A stretch of DNA of 64,000 nucleotides from positions 248,001 through 312,000 of the forward strand of contig JBEWZL010000276.1 of the NCBI GenBank assembly GCA_045837725.1, given 5' to 3'. This stretch comes from Vermamoeba vermiformis (lineage: Eukaryota). The notes beneath the pieces are model-generated. The model was not told the DNA's origin. It saw only the letters and a program-made list of their open reading frames with translations, and did no database searches. The first letter of the stretch is position 1. The number at the start of each line of letters is the position of its first letter. Of this stretch, positions 1 through 16,055 are shown piece by piece. The position numbers were made by a program, and so were the translations under genes.

Positions 1-2044
1 CGTAGTTATTCGTCTTTTGTTTCTTATTAGGCGGCTGGTCTTTTGATGAAGGCAAGTTCAGTCCGCGCTTCTTGTCTTGCGCTACTGGTGCAGTTGTGTT
101 CAAATATCGACCTACACCTTTATTCGTGTTCGTAGCGAGGCCTCCAGGATTGCTATACCACTGACCTACTTCATTCTAATCGCAGATTAATATTAGTTTC
201 GAGTTTATAGTAGTGGTTTTACAGCCACTACTTACATCTTGTTCCTTCTTTTTCTTCTCTAACTCTTCAGCTTCAGCTTCTTTCTTCATTTCAGTCTCGC
301 TCAAAGGATTTGAATAGACTTTAGCCTCTTCAATAATTAAATCGTGCTGCATATCAAGTGTTAGCTCTGTAGCGACAATCATGGTAGCACTTACAATGGG
401 CTTGTCGTCACCATCCACTGGCACGTTCTCCATAGCTTTCAACACTTCCATGCCACCGACTACTGTGCCGAAGACTGAATGTTTGTTGTTCAAGTGCGGG
501 GTGGATCTGAACGTGATGAAACTACGAGAGGACAATATGTCAACAAATGGACACATACACGTGACAGAAATGCTACTTACAACTGAGAGCCGTTCGTGTT
601 CTTGCCAGCATTGGCCATGGACAGCACACCAGGGCCTTCGTGGACTAGTTTGGGATGGAACTCGTCGGGGAACTTCTTGCCCCAAATTGATTCACCGCCA
701 CGACCAGTGCCTGTAGGATCACCACCTTGAATCTGATTGTGAACTGTGAGTGACATTCTTTGTTATATTTAAGTGCTGCGTACCATAAAGTTCTTGATCA
801 ATCGATGGAATTTGGTGCCGTTGTAATAACCTTTCTCGCACAGTGTCAAAAAGTTCTCGCACGTTCTAGGCACGAGATCGCAATGTAATTTCAAGTTGAT
901 GCTGCCCTTGTTGGTGACTAAGCTGACATAGCCCTTGTTCTTCGTGGTCTTGGGGATGTATTCGCTGTCTTTGGTCATCCACGACTCGAATGTAGTCGCT
1001 GTGAATGAGGCTGAATCTACACTGCGAGACTGGCTCTTGTCGTCTTTTTTCGCATTAGTGTTTGTGGTCAATTTCTCATCGCCTGCTTTTTCCATCTCTT
1101 TCAACTCTTCCAACACACGCTTGGTGGTTGTGTTCAAGCGAATAGTCTGCTCTGCATCGTCATCTTGTTTGCTCTCAGTCCTCTTCAAGTGCCAGAAGTT
1201 GGATGTGCGTCTCTTCTCCATGTTATTGGGGTCCTAAAGTACTCGTGTTAGCGGCTGGATCAGTTGACATAACGAACATTGGCACGCGTACCTGCAAGGT
1301 GATGATATCTGCCTTGACGAAGGGCTCGCCATTGATGAGGTCTTTGAAGTTCTTTGACTTCAAATTGAGCTCTTTAATCGCGTCATATGAGTACACATTG
1401 CCCGTGGGTCGAATGGCCACAATGTGCGAGTGTTCTGTGAATTCTTTGAAGGTAATCGGGCAGTGGTATTTGTCTGTGCGAATAATTAATACAAAAAAAG
1501 GCGAGTATTTGTAATATACCTTGTGCGTTCTTGTGGAAGTGAAGGCGGATCAGATCTCGTGCTGATAATGACTTGCCGCTGATCGGATCGATGTTTTTGT
1601 TCTTCTTCAGCCACGGCACGATATTGCTAAATTAAAGTTAGTGTTAAGCAACGGCGTCAATGCTGGTACATACATAATGTCGTAAATAGTTCCTTCTGGC
1701 GTGCAAACGGGATCTTCGAATGGTTGCAAGGACAAGCTGCAGCAATAGAATGGCAGTGTTTTAATTTCTTGGCGGTCCACACGCTCTTTTTTGCCTTTGC
1801 CCATAGCATGGTTGTCTTCGGCGTATTCTTTTTGCGTGATATAGCTACAGAAATAATAAATCAAAATTAATCTTAGAAAATTCTTTAAAATTGTAATAAA
1901 ACGCCTGCGATTAAAATACTATTGGATTGATATATTGCATGCGAAATTGACTAATAAAACAATATTTTGACCACAAAAGCGTAATTGAATTCGTGGTTTA
2001 AGCACACGCGTATTCACTTACAGTTTGTCTGTATTTTTACCCAT
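1..2044 (-). CDS. PPIL2: Peptidyl-prolyl isomerase-like 2 (Cyp60; U-box/RING-like plus cyclophilin domain), multi-exon, 3' end runs off the window
   Basis: Spliced start [15 protein letters not shown] (ATG 2044); [22 protein letters not shown]; cyclophilin motifs [54 protein letters not shown]. Confidence 0.93.
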
Positions 2045-2199
2045 TGTATATTGTTAATTATAATTATATCTCGGTGACCAGTATTGTGTGCTGCGAAGTG
2101 ACAGACAGGTAATAATGAACGAAAAACATTTTTCATAGTTTTGACACTCTGAACACAACAGAGGAATGACACCTATTGTCTATTAATACAATATTAAAT

Positions 2200-4518
2200 A
2201 TGGCCAGTGAATATAATCCAGAGTCGACGAGTGAGCAGCCTCACGCGGAAGGATCCCCGCACACCGAGGATCAGGAAATGAGAGATGCACCGCAAGAAGA
2301 CCAACCATCGAATACAGACGATCAACACGAAGAGAAAAGTTCAACGGACGCTGAGCTCGAAGAGGTTGCCAAGCACTTGCGTCAAACAGATGCGATCATG
2401 TTTGAGAATATTTGGAGCAATGTCAGACGATTCTTATCGCTCGGTGGCAAGCCTCCAGATGTTATTAAATATTTGTCCGAGACATATAGAGGCTACGCGC
2501 AAATGAGCAATTTAATTTGTCACTGGCTAAGGCTGATCGGAACAGACGAAAATCAAATCCAGCATACCATCGAAGAGAATATTAAAGGATTAATTTTACA
2601 AAAATTCGATCCTAAAAGAGCCGACCAAATTTTTGAAGAAGGCGCGGTACGTTATTATTGAATGATTAAATTGATTTTTTTTTAATTTTTCTTAACGGTA
2701 ACCAGAGCGCCCCTGATTGGCTTGAGTTTTTAATTAAGACCTCAGAGTGGAGATCACTAATATACAACCTATCCGAACAACACAACGATTGTTTGTTACT
2801 TAATTTTGCCATTCAAGTAAGTTCGATCAGATCTGCCGCCATTCCAACTCGTTCCCTAATTATACACGCAGCGTATTTCCGATGCAGGCCATCAAACTGA
2901 AATAGCTTCATTGAGCTCAGCTTCAACATTTTTCAGCGTGTTCAATCGTGTCTTGCGCGACTCGTTAGAACACATGATCGACTTGAACTCGATCGAGCTT
3001 GAACACAGCTTGGCCGATCTGGCGGTAATTATCGTTGACATAAAAATATCACTAGAAGCTAATGGCATGTTAATGTAGAAAATGTGCAGTCACAGTCCGC
3101 ACGCGTATTTGTACACACAAGCAGTGTTGATGGCACTCAGCAGCGAGAAGAATGGCCGACATTTGAAACGCGTGTCGCAAGAGCTCGAAAAGGCTATGAT
3201 TAATAAGTATGAGAATGGAATCTATATAAGAGTGTTTCCTTTATTGACATAATTATTCTTTTGTATCAGGGATCCACTCGTGCGCAGGATCGGCTTTATT
3301 TTGACGAATATCTCACGCAACAACGATGTAAATAACAGTATTGTGAGCATGTTGACAGCTAATGCCTGCAACCCTGCTGACATCAATCGAGTACGTGCCA
3401 ACTATACTAGTGAATCTAGAGTGACAGTTATTAACGCGCCTTGTAGCTCCACACAGCATATTCCGAGGCCAATCCACCGCCTGTAGAGTACATTCGCAAC
3501 ATTGGACTGCTAGGTACGTGACGTTGGCTGGTACAGGAGTGCGAGTATATTGACCTGTTTATGTGCAGATATCCTCACTGCCGAGACGTTTGACATTGAC
3601 AAGACGATCGATGTGTCGTATCGAAGTCAATGCTTCTATTTGCTGGCCTATGCCACGACCATTCAAGACGACAGATCCATCACCGCACCTGATTACGACA
3701 TGGTACGTCTTACTTAGCGTTAAATGATTGGTCTAACACCATATTTAGAATTTTGAAGTCGATAAGAGCGAGTTAGATAATGTCATTCACGCGCTTGAAT
3801 CAGCACAGGCGATCTGCAGCAAAAATTATTTTGGTACTGAATTGCAAGCTGTAGTTGAGACATTAAGAGAAACATTAATGTAAGCGAGGCATATTGCATT
3901 TGTGAATTAATACTCACACTATATTAGGTATCCTGTCGTTACAATGGGTGTCTTGTACTGGATCGCAACGAACATCACCGAGTCTGACCGATGCGCAGCT
4001 AGTTTCAATACCAAGTCAATTCCAAGCTATGTAATATTAATACAAGAGGTAAGTCGTAATGTTTATCAATTATCAAGGTCTAATCTCATCAGATTGCCTC
4101 ACTACATCCGTTCCAACAACCACGTGTGCTGGACATACTCGTGCAGTGCTTCGAACTCGATTCAGATCTGGATCCTTTATCAGCGGTAAGTGTGTTGAGA
4201 TCATGAGTAATAACAGCGAATACTAAACTCTTTTTTTAGTTGGACTTGCGCAAGACGTTACTGGATGTAATGTTGTACTTGATGGAAGTCGGGCATGTGA
4301 TGCCAGTCATCAATCGCATTCGCAAGTGGTCCAGCAAAATCGACCAGTCCTTGCTGCGTCACGTCATCGGCCGACTGCTCGATAGTTTTGCACCACCATT
4401 CTCAGCCGAATTTATAGCGGAGATCCAGCCGATAGTGAAATTAGTGAACACCGATGCGTTCAAAAATAACGCAGAACATTTAAGTACGATTAATGTGATC
4501 TTAGGGACCGCAAAGTAG
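2200..4518 (+). CDS. NELFCD: Negative elongation factor C/D (TH1-like), multi-exon
   Basis: [89 protein letters not shown] and C-terminal IDQSLLRH...FAPPFSAEF match the TH1/NELF-D family. Confidence 0.88.
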
Positions 4519-4753
4519 TTCGTGTACAGTAGACAAAAAAGTTGAAATAAAATATGTCTAAAAGATGCTAATGGTATGTACCATTTATTAATATGTTCTA
4601 TCTTGTGCCCTTGCCCATATTACGCTCGTCAATATCTCGAAATCAAGCCGAGATTCCCAATAAGGAAAAATCAGCCAAAAAAGCTCTGAGCGAAAAAAAT
4701 CCAAAAGAATCAAACTCATTATTATTTGTCTATTAAACTACAGAACAAGCAAA

Positions 4754-6516
4754 ATGGATGATGAGTTCGATAAGCTCTTGTCTGATTTAGAAGGCTACAC
4801 TAAAAAAACTTCATTGAATCCGGCAGCGTCGAGTGATCACACTCCTGTCAAGAATCCCGAGCCTCCCCGTCCTTCAAGTATGAATATATATATTAATTTA
4901 ATAGGCCGTCCAAAGGCTTTATTTTCTATTCCTGTTAAAATTATTTATTAAAATTTCGTAATATTATAAATGTTAATAATCGATCCAATCGCTTATTTTT
5001 ACATTAGTTTCTCCTCAACCAAAAGTAGTATCACCAAGAGCAGTCGTAACTACCCCAACTCATGTTCCATCTGCTGGTCCAACGAATCAAAATTTAGTTG
5101 TGACTGGCCGAGGAGTTACAAATGGCGCAGCTGGCGAACCTACAGAATTTTTGGTATCAACAAAGGATGCTTCACCATTAGACGCAAGCGATTTAGATGT
5201 ATGTTTTGGCTGATTATTTTCGGATGTGTCTTAGAGAAAATCTTTTGTTCTAACGGCGCAATCAAGGTGAGGATAGCTGGCCCGACCCAAGTAAACGCTA
5301 CTCTAGCCCCTAGCAATGAAGGATCATTTACTGTAAAGGTAATTTCCCTGCTTCGAGTTGACTTGTAGACTTTCGATCGAGATTTGATCCAGATCGAGAA
5401 GATTTTTTGGGTCTAATTCTTGTTTTTCTTATTTAATACGAATTAATCACGCATGTACAGTACACACCCACCAAGCCTGGTCGTTATACAGTGGAAGTAA
5501 GTTACAAAGGAGAAAAAGCCCCGAAGAGCCCCTACCGCGTTTATCACCAACCTCGTACGTAAAAATAACTAGCATATTATTTAATATGCCCAATGATCGC
5601 GCGATACTAACACTCAGCGATAATACTGCAGGTGTTACGTTGAACTACGAGCTGAAGGGTGTTGTAAATGGAAAAATCGGAGAGACTATTCGAGTGACAA
5701 TTGAAGTTAAAGAAGAAGAGTCTAAGAGACCTTACGGTATGTATTTCTCAATATAGGATCTATCGGTAATAATACTAAATTTTTTTTGTCGTTTCAGTTG
5801 TGGATGCCAGCGCGTTTGACATTGTAATTAGCGGACCTGAAACACTTAAATATAACTTAGATGATAACCAGTACGTAGTCAAGATCAATATGTCAATAAC
5901 ACAGGCCTTAAACAGGCGTAATTTAAAGTGTCAATCTTATTCCAATCTCGGAGTTTCTCGTTCTAATTTCTGTTTGTTGCAGCGATGGCTCATTCAACCT
6001 CGAATACACACCGCGCTTGCCCGGTGATTATTTGGTCAATATTGCCGTGTTTGGCGAATTTATTTTTGGCGATGGTTTCAACAGCAGCATTACCTGTCGT
6101 AAGTGTCACTTGTCGAGTCTGTTTTTTTGACATTTAATACAACTGCACATGATACCATACCATATTATAGTACTACATAAGATCGTACTGTATTATAGCC
6201 CCATCTAATGTTTGTGACAGCCGCTGATGCGAGCAAGTCAATCGTGCATTTGGAGACAGCAAACCCGCGCGCAAACACGACAGTAGCTCTCAAATTGACA
6301 GCTGTGGACTCGGACGGTCGTTTGCGCACGAGTGGCGGCGACGATTTTGAGGCACAAGTCGCTGGCCCTGAACCCAAGGACTCACTGCTCGTGGACCAGT
6401 CTGACGGCACTTGGCGCATTGAATTTGTGCCTGGTCAGCCTGGCACGTACACGGTGAATATCACATTGGGCGGCAAGCACGTCAGCAACAGTCCGCTCTC
6501 GCTCGAAGTGTTGTAA
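4754..6516 (+). CDS. Small filamin/ABP280-repeat protein (about 3 repeats) with N-terminal LD-like motif, no actin-binding domain
   Basis: Spliced exons give GRGVTNGAAGEPTEF...YTPTKPGRYTVEVSYKGEKAPKSPY, YTPRLPGDYLVNI and ADASKS...DQSDGTWRIEFVPGQPGTYTVNITLGGKHVSNSP; N-terminus MDDEFDKLLSDLE. Confidence 0.82.
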
Positions 6517-6726
6517 GATCTGCGGTGACAGATCACGCGTCAATTGATTGGTTGTACTTGCGTAACAGCAAGTATAATTGATCGCCTGTGTTTATTAATA
6601 ATGTACTGGTGCTGTGCATCGGTACGCTGCATAAAATAATATTATGAATAAAGTGTATTTAAATGACGTGTTCTGTTTTGTAATCTTTTTTTGTGTATAC
6701 CACAGATCTGCACTTCATTATTCAAT

Positions 6727-8007
6727 ATGAACGATCAAGGAGTCAAAAATCGAGTATTAATTGTCGGCAAGAGTCAACAGGAGAAGTTTGTGGAAGGTAC
6801 CAGATCGAAGCGGAAAATGTTCTGCATCAAAAAAGAAAAATTCTGTTTAGATTCCTATTATATTCATAATGCATTATTATTTAAATGCAATCCGCCATTT
6901 TTTCTAATTTTCAAATAAAATTTCGATCTAACCTCCACGCGCAGACTTGCTCAAGCGTCAGGTGGAATGGAACGCAGCACACAAGACTAAAAATATTGTG
7001 CATACATTGGACACAAAATATTATACAGCTGACATTGAGTTCTGGCTTCATAATGAGGATCTTCTAGAACACGAGCTGAACGCCATTGGAGAATTAACTG
7101 ATGCCTTGATTTTGACGTACACTGCGAATAAGGTACACGTCGATTATTAATTACGGCATAATTGCTAAAACGAACAGGACACCGTCGTGGATCTGTCAAA
7201 GAAATGGTTGTCGTTTATTGAAGAGCACGTACCCAATGTAATTTTAATCGTGTACGACGGAAGAAGCAGTATGTAATATGATTCGTCTAATATTTAGATA
7301 CTAACTTGCAATTAGGTGATGAAGCATTAACAGAACAAGAACAACGTCAGATCCAAGCGTGGGCTGTTGATAACAATATGGAATTTGTTTACTTAAGCAA
7401 TGAAGGCGTTAAAAATGTCGAAGAAGACGATGAAGACGAGCGATTTAAAGAAAAAGAAGGATTGGAGCGAGTTATTGAGGCACTCGAGACCAACATGTGG
7501 GAGAACATGGTGCACAAGACAGGCAACAGACCGCACATGGGACTCAGTCAGTTGAACTCGCGCAGATACCGCGCAAATGATGACAGTGACGAGGAGCTTG
7601 ATGAAGAGCTGTTTAAGGGTCTGCAAGTCGCTGAACCACCCTCCTTGAATAACAAAATTGCAGCACCTGACACGAACAACAATATTACAACAACTGCGCC
7701 TTCAACCGAAGAAAAGAAAGTAGATGATATTAACGGCAATAAGGGCACGACGAATGGCTCAGAAACAGAGACTAAGAGCGAAGAGAGCGCGACACTTGAG
7801 GGCATTGAAGCCAATCCGCTGCTGAATGGAGCACTGTTCAAACAACTCAATGACAGCGCAGGTGACTCATTTGATACATTTGACAAGGCCCTCAATGAGT
7901 TGCGGACACTACGACAACAAGCCAGTGCTCTGCCTGACGAGCAGCGACGAGATCTGGCTGCTAGAGTGGCCATGGCCTTCTTGCAATTTACCGATGACGA
8001 TGATTAA
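6727..8007 (+). CDS. AAGAB: Alpha- and gamma-adaptin-binding protein p34
   Basis: RVLIVGKS, LDTKYYTADIEFW, EKEGLERVIEALETNMWENM and C-terminal LPDEQRRDLAARVAMAF. Confidence 0.88.
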
Positions 8008-8174
8008 GTCATGTATATTAGTGCTGTAAATAAATACATATTTCTGCGAGTTCTAATGTCAACCAATGACTCCCGCCAAATGAAAAGCATCCATTTAAAT
8101 TAGATCAACAATTACATCACCACGATTGTATATTTTGTAAATATTTCGTGTATTATAATATGAGGTGATGAAAA

Positions 8175-11100
8175 ATGGAGTCAGCAAGCAAATTTGACGT
8201 AAACACTGTTGGTTCAGGTAAGTTAATCCGTTTCAGCGCCCTATAATTTTGGAAATTACTACAATTACGCCAATATATGTATGTTGTATTAGAGTTCCAA
8301 AATACCTTCAATTGATTTTTCTCCATTATTTTTTTGCTGCAGATCTCCGTTTAACTGGTTTAATAGCTGCCCATTGGATTGATCCAACAGAATTAGCCAC
8401 GCGTTATTATGATTATCAAACAAAGATGTATCCTCCTAGCAGCCAAGTCTGGCCTTACGCAATGAAAACAGAGCAATGGGTAGTCCGTGAGATACTCGTA
8501 CTATTGTCAGGCTGCACTTCAGAGCTGTTTTCAATCAATAACAGCAATGCCTCGGACGTTAAGATTGATGTAAGCAGCACTGCTAGGATTTTGAATGGGA
8601 TCTAACACGCGCTATGACAGATGAAAATGCAAGTACAAATCAGTTCCCTCACGCCACAGACCCTCGAACAAGCACTGCAGTACTGGGCGCAAGGGGCTGT
8701 GATCGTGCAACAGATCCAGACTGTCATTGACAGGTTGAACTCGAGCACTGATCTGGGCCTCTGTTACCGCGCATTTGGCCGATCACTGTGGACTATAATG
8801 CACCCGTTCAAACGTCACATTGCAGAGCTAGAGGCCAACAGGCCAGATCGTATGTCATTGATCAGACAGTAGTTACCCGTACTAACTGTGCGATCCGTGT
8901 AGTGACACTTGCCAGTCTTCAAGTGACACTTCGGTGGCACATTGAACAGATCAAATTCATCCATAGTGTTGTGCAGCGTGCAATTCTGACAGGTATTGAG
9001 CTCTAATTGCAGTTAAGATGAGTCTAATTGTCGTGTCAGATTCTTTTCTGCCACTGTCACAACGCAAACACTCCACAGCTGAACGATCCAGTTATCTGTT
9101 GACAGCGCTGTATTCTGTGCTCGATGAAGTGTCTCGTGGCGACGAAGAGCCGTTCAAAGTGACATTGAAGCTGTTTTTAGACTCACTGACACCACTGCTG
9201 AATATGGCTCATCATTGGATGCACGAAGGGTCGCTGAGATTTCAGTACTTGAAGGACGAGTTCTTCGTGATCGAGTAAGTTAGACAAGCATTTGAATGAA
9301 GTTTGATGTCTAACGCGACGCAGGGACGAGGCATTAGATTATCAAGCACCAGCTGTGTGTTGGAAGAACAAATTCGAGTTGCGAACCAAAGAACGCACTG
9401 GCACTACGCCACAGACACCTGAAAAGCAACAACGGAAGATCTTAGTTGTTCCGTCGTTCATGAAAGAGATTGCACAGTTAGTGCTGCACACTGGCAAAGC
9501 TATTCATTTGATTCAATCGATGGGCAAGGTACTACAAGAGCACTATCAATGCTTGATCTAACTCGCATTCAGAACGAGCAGTGGACGACACAAACAACGC
9601 ACAAACAGCCATCACGTGCCTCGTTGATGACACGGTTGACAGCACTCGATCAGCTCTCCAAACACACCTGCACCGAAGTATTGCAGCAAATAGAAGAGCA
9701 ATTGACACGTCACAAACGCGAAGAGTTGCAGCCTTTTGACTATAATCCGCACGACCTCACAGACGCGAATGCAACTGACTTGATGACGAGTGAAGACGAG
9801 GTCATGGCCGTGATGAACAAATTGAAGGCGTTGATTGGCACGCGTGAAGACAGTTCACAGCTGTCAAAAGACTTGTTCAAGTTAGCAAGTGGCCCTCAAC
9901 AGCCTCGTAAGTACTTGGCTGGAATGGTTGACTTCTCTGACTCATTCATCAGCTCCCGTGCACATTAAGAAACCACAACAAGCTGTTGACTCGCAGCAGT
10001 TCGACTACAAATCAGTGACATTGCCCATCATGCCCATCTCATTCTTAGTGGCCGAGACGCTGCACGATGCGATTGAGCGCAGGTACAACACGGTCAATCA
10101 GTACCTGTTGAATGTGCTCATCGCTGATTGTCGCTTGCTCGATCATTTGCGGACTTTGCGGCAATTCTTTTTCCTTGAAAATGGATTTGTGTGGCACCTC
10201 TTCATCAAGAATGTGTTTGACTTCGTAAGTACTACTAGTACCGCACTGTCACAATTAATAATGTTAACACCTGAATAGCTGCAACAAGATGGCACCAAGT
10301 ATCTCAATGTCGTGGAGTTAAATCACATGTTGCAAGAGTCCATTCACGAGGACAAATCAGTGCCCTTCTCGGACTTGATCTTAATTCAGCTCGTCAATCC
10401 GACCATGTCACAATCCAGCATGAACAAGACACGTGTCAATCAGACGCAACTCTCGGGCAATGCGACCATTGACATCAATGTCAATCAGACCTTTATGTCC
10501 TCGCAGTCTGTTGTGGCTCCTAGTCACAGCCACTGTTGATGTGCCTGCAACACCTGGCAATCGCGTGGATCACGAGGGCATTGAGAGCGAAGAAGTATTC
10601 ATCAAGAACTTGAATGACACTGACAAGATCCGACTTTCTTACCGCGTAAGTGTGCCGTCGCATCAAATTGTCAGCTACTCTAACGCCGCACACAGGTCTC
10701 GTTCCCCTTGGACATTCTACTCTCGCCCGATGTGCTCGCTGAGTACAACAACATTATGTCATTTATATTCCGCATCAAGCGCTCAAAGTTCGTGTTAGAC
10801 CAGCTGTTGTTCATTCACAAAGAGACAACGGGCTTGACAGATTTGAAGGTCAAATCAACTTCAGTAAATGTCGCTAAAGGCAAGAACGAAATGACACCAG
10901 CACTGCGAGACATGAAAGCGTTCTATCACAAGCTCAATTTATTCCGCGGCACACTCATCCACTTTGTAAATAATCTGCAGCACTATGTGGGAACGAGAGT
11001 AAGTTGACATGTGCCCATAGAAGTGGTGCTAATGCTTGTTGTGCAGGTCGTGGAAATGGCGTGGAATGAGCTGGCCGATGAGATCAAATCAGCCAAGGAC

Positions 11101-11475
11101 TTTGACTACTTGATTGACTTCCATCAGCGCTACTTGTCCAGCATTCGCGACAAGTGTTTGTTGAACAAGAATGTGTCGCGACTCCGCTTGTTGATCACAC
11201 GCATTCTCGACATGTCAATGGTGCTCAAGTCCCTGTACGATATTATGCCGTCATATGTCGCGCTGAGTGGCGCAACAAAAGAGAAGTTGAACGCTAACTA
11301 CGAGCGCATCGTTGATGACTTCAATCAGTCGCACAAACTGCTCACCACTGTGCTGCATCAGATTGTGCAACAGAAGCGACTGCCGCACTTGGAAGATTTG
11401 TTGGTCAAATTGAATTACAACAACTATTACAACTACAACACTAATGCGAGTAGCGTTGTGTTGGCCAAGAAATAA
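8175..11475 (+). CDS. TUBGCP5: Gamma-tubulin complex component, GCP5-like (Spc97/Spc98 family); one apparent +1 frame discontinuity near 10522
   Basis: TEQWVVREILVLLSG, LLDHLRTLRQFFFLENG, LSYRVSFPLDILLSPDVLAEYNNIMSFIFRIKRSKF, LIHFVNNLQHYVGTRV...AKDFDYLIDFHQRYLSSIRDKCLL. Confidence 0.8.
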
Positions 11476-11539
11476 ACACGGGTGTAATGTACAACGTCGA
11501 TTTTTATTGGTAGCAAAACTGGTGGATATTTACAAAGCA

Positions 11540-12710
11540 TTACGAGAAGACTATTTTGATGGCCTTGCCCTCTCTGTTGCAGATCGGACACGCGTTCAAG
11601 TCTTCAGCGCACTTCTCGCAGACACACGAGTGACCGCACGCTACGAACACCATGCACTTCTGCGCTGTTTGACACGAACTGCACATATCCTTTCGTTTTT
11701 CTTTTTCATTCTGCGTTCAGTTAGTATTTCCGTGGCTTAAAATGCAGACACGACTTACAATTGCTTGTTGAATGCGCTCGAGTGCCCCTTGCACTTTAGC
11801 TTCAATATTTTTCAATTCTTGCACGGTCAGACTGGTCAGTGCTGTTTCACTGCCCGTCAACAGATGGTTTTCAGCTTCAATTTTGCGATTCTTTTCCTCC
11901 ATGCGCTTGAGGGACAAGACGAGGGTGCTGAGATTGTTCTCGCCGATAGTTGCTTTGCTTTCAAGTATCTGCACAACAATGAGTGGCTGTCACTCAATCA
12001 CCGCGCGCACGTACCTCAATCTTCTTCAACAATTGGTCGCGCTCTTGTCGCAACAAATTGACTTCATTCGCGTGGCCTTGTGTCATGTCAGCCACTTTGA
12101 CTTTGAACGAGGACAAAAATGCGTCTAATTCACGCGAGGCAGTGTCCCAAGTAGGCTGATCGCGGTACTGCCGCAGGTCAGTCAACAACAGTGCGGCGTT
12201 CTTGTCATTCGGATCACATTCCAACACGTGCTCGAGACAGAATGCTGCGTCACTCCACCTGCCCTGCACTTCGTAGATGCGTGTCTTGGTCCACCAGTAG
12301 ATCGGAGACTTGGGCTGCAGTGCCAGTGCCTTCTCAATGGCCACTAGCGCCTCTTCTAAGCGCCGCAGCTTGGCCAGCACCACTGCGCGATAGTTCCAAC
12401 CGCGCGCATCTGTTTCATTCATTTGCGTCGTTTTTTCGAAGCATCTTACTGCTTCGGAAGAGCGACCTAACATGTCGAGTACAGTGCCTGCAGAGCGGTT
12501 AATATCGCGTGTTATTTAAGCGTTGTTAATACCTTTGTTGTACCACGCTAAGTAGTGAGTTGGATTTGCCTCGATCGCCTTTTCGTAGAGTGGAAGTGCG
12601 TCGAGGAATTTCTGCTGCTTAAATAGCTCGAGACCTTTCATTACCAACGAGTCTGCATCGTAAGTGCCGTTCGTACCGTTGCTCGTGGGTAAATCCTGTA
12701 TCGTTTCCAT
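11540..12710 (-). CDS. TPR-repeat, coiled-coil and C-terminal C3HC4 RING protein (putative E3 ligase)
   Basis: TPRs (ALPLYEKAIEANPTHYLAWYNKG; ALVAIEKALALQPKSPIYWW); last exon read by hand: CSSCQTAQKCMVFVACGHSCVCEKCAEDLNACPIC. Confidence 0.85.
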
Positions 12711-13207
12711 CTTTATTGCCTCCTTAACTGCAGCAATTGAAATCAGTATTTTTCCCGGTAAGGATATACATATTCGTTTGATTTTGAGTCTACAAAACAG
12801 CATTCGGTAAACTTGCAGCAAATTTGCGCGTTAAATTCCGAAAATTTAGAATCTAGAGATCACGGCCGATAAGGTGCTGAAATATATTTTTAAATAATAA
12901 GGTAGTTTATTTGTTATTTTTGAGTATTTTTTCGCTTCATAAAATAAAGCTGCAAGTGGCCGATCGGGTCAGTTTCATTTGCGCTTACCTTTTTGGGCAT
13001 TTGTCATCAACTGAATTTGAAAATAAAGACCCAACTCACGTTCAATCAAATATATGACGCTCTTAACTCGGTGGTACTCAGTTAAGTACTCTAGTTACTC
13101 GTTTGCGCGGTTTAAAATTTGAATTCGACAGAAAAATTTAAAACAAACCCTCGTTTGCATTCAAAAGGATTTATTTCGACGAAGATATTATTAAAGGGTT
13201 CTACGCA

Positions 13208-15823
<2,616 letters not shown>

Positions 15824-16055
15824 CCCTTACGATATCAATCAATAGTATAACAATCAATATGGTACTAAATTATTGTTATCTGCGACGGAAGCAAAAAAAC
15901 AACTGAGTGTCACCAAAAAAGCGAAAATATGAGCAGAACAAGAAAAGCCTTTGACTAAGATGCTTTCAAGGAACAAAGCCTGACAAGGTTTAGGAATCAT
16001 TATTTATTGACGAGCTCTAGTCTCCGGTCGATAAATAGGAACAGTACCGCTGTCC

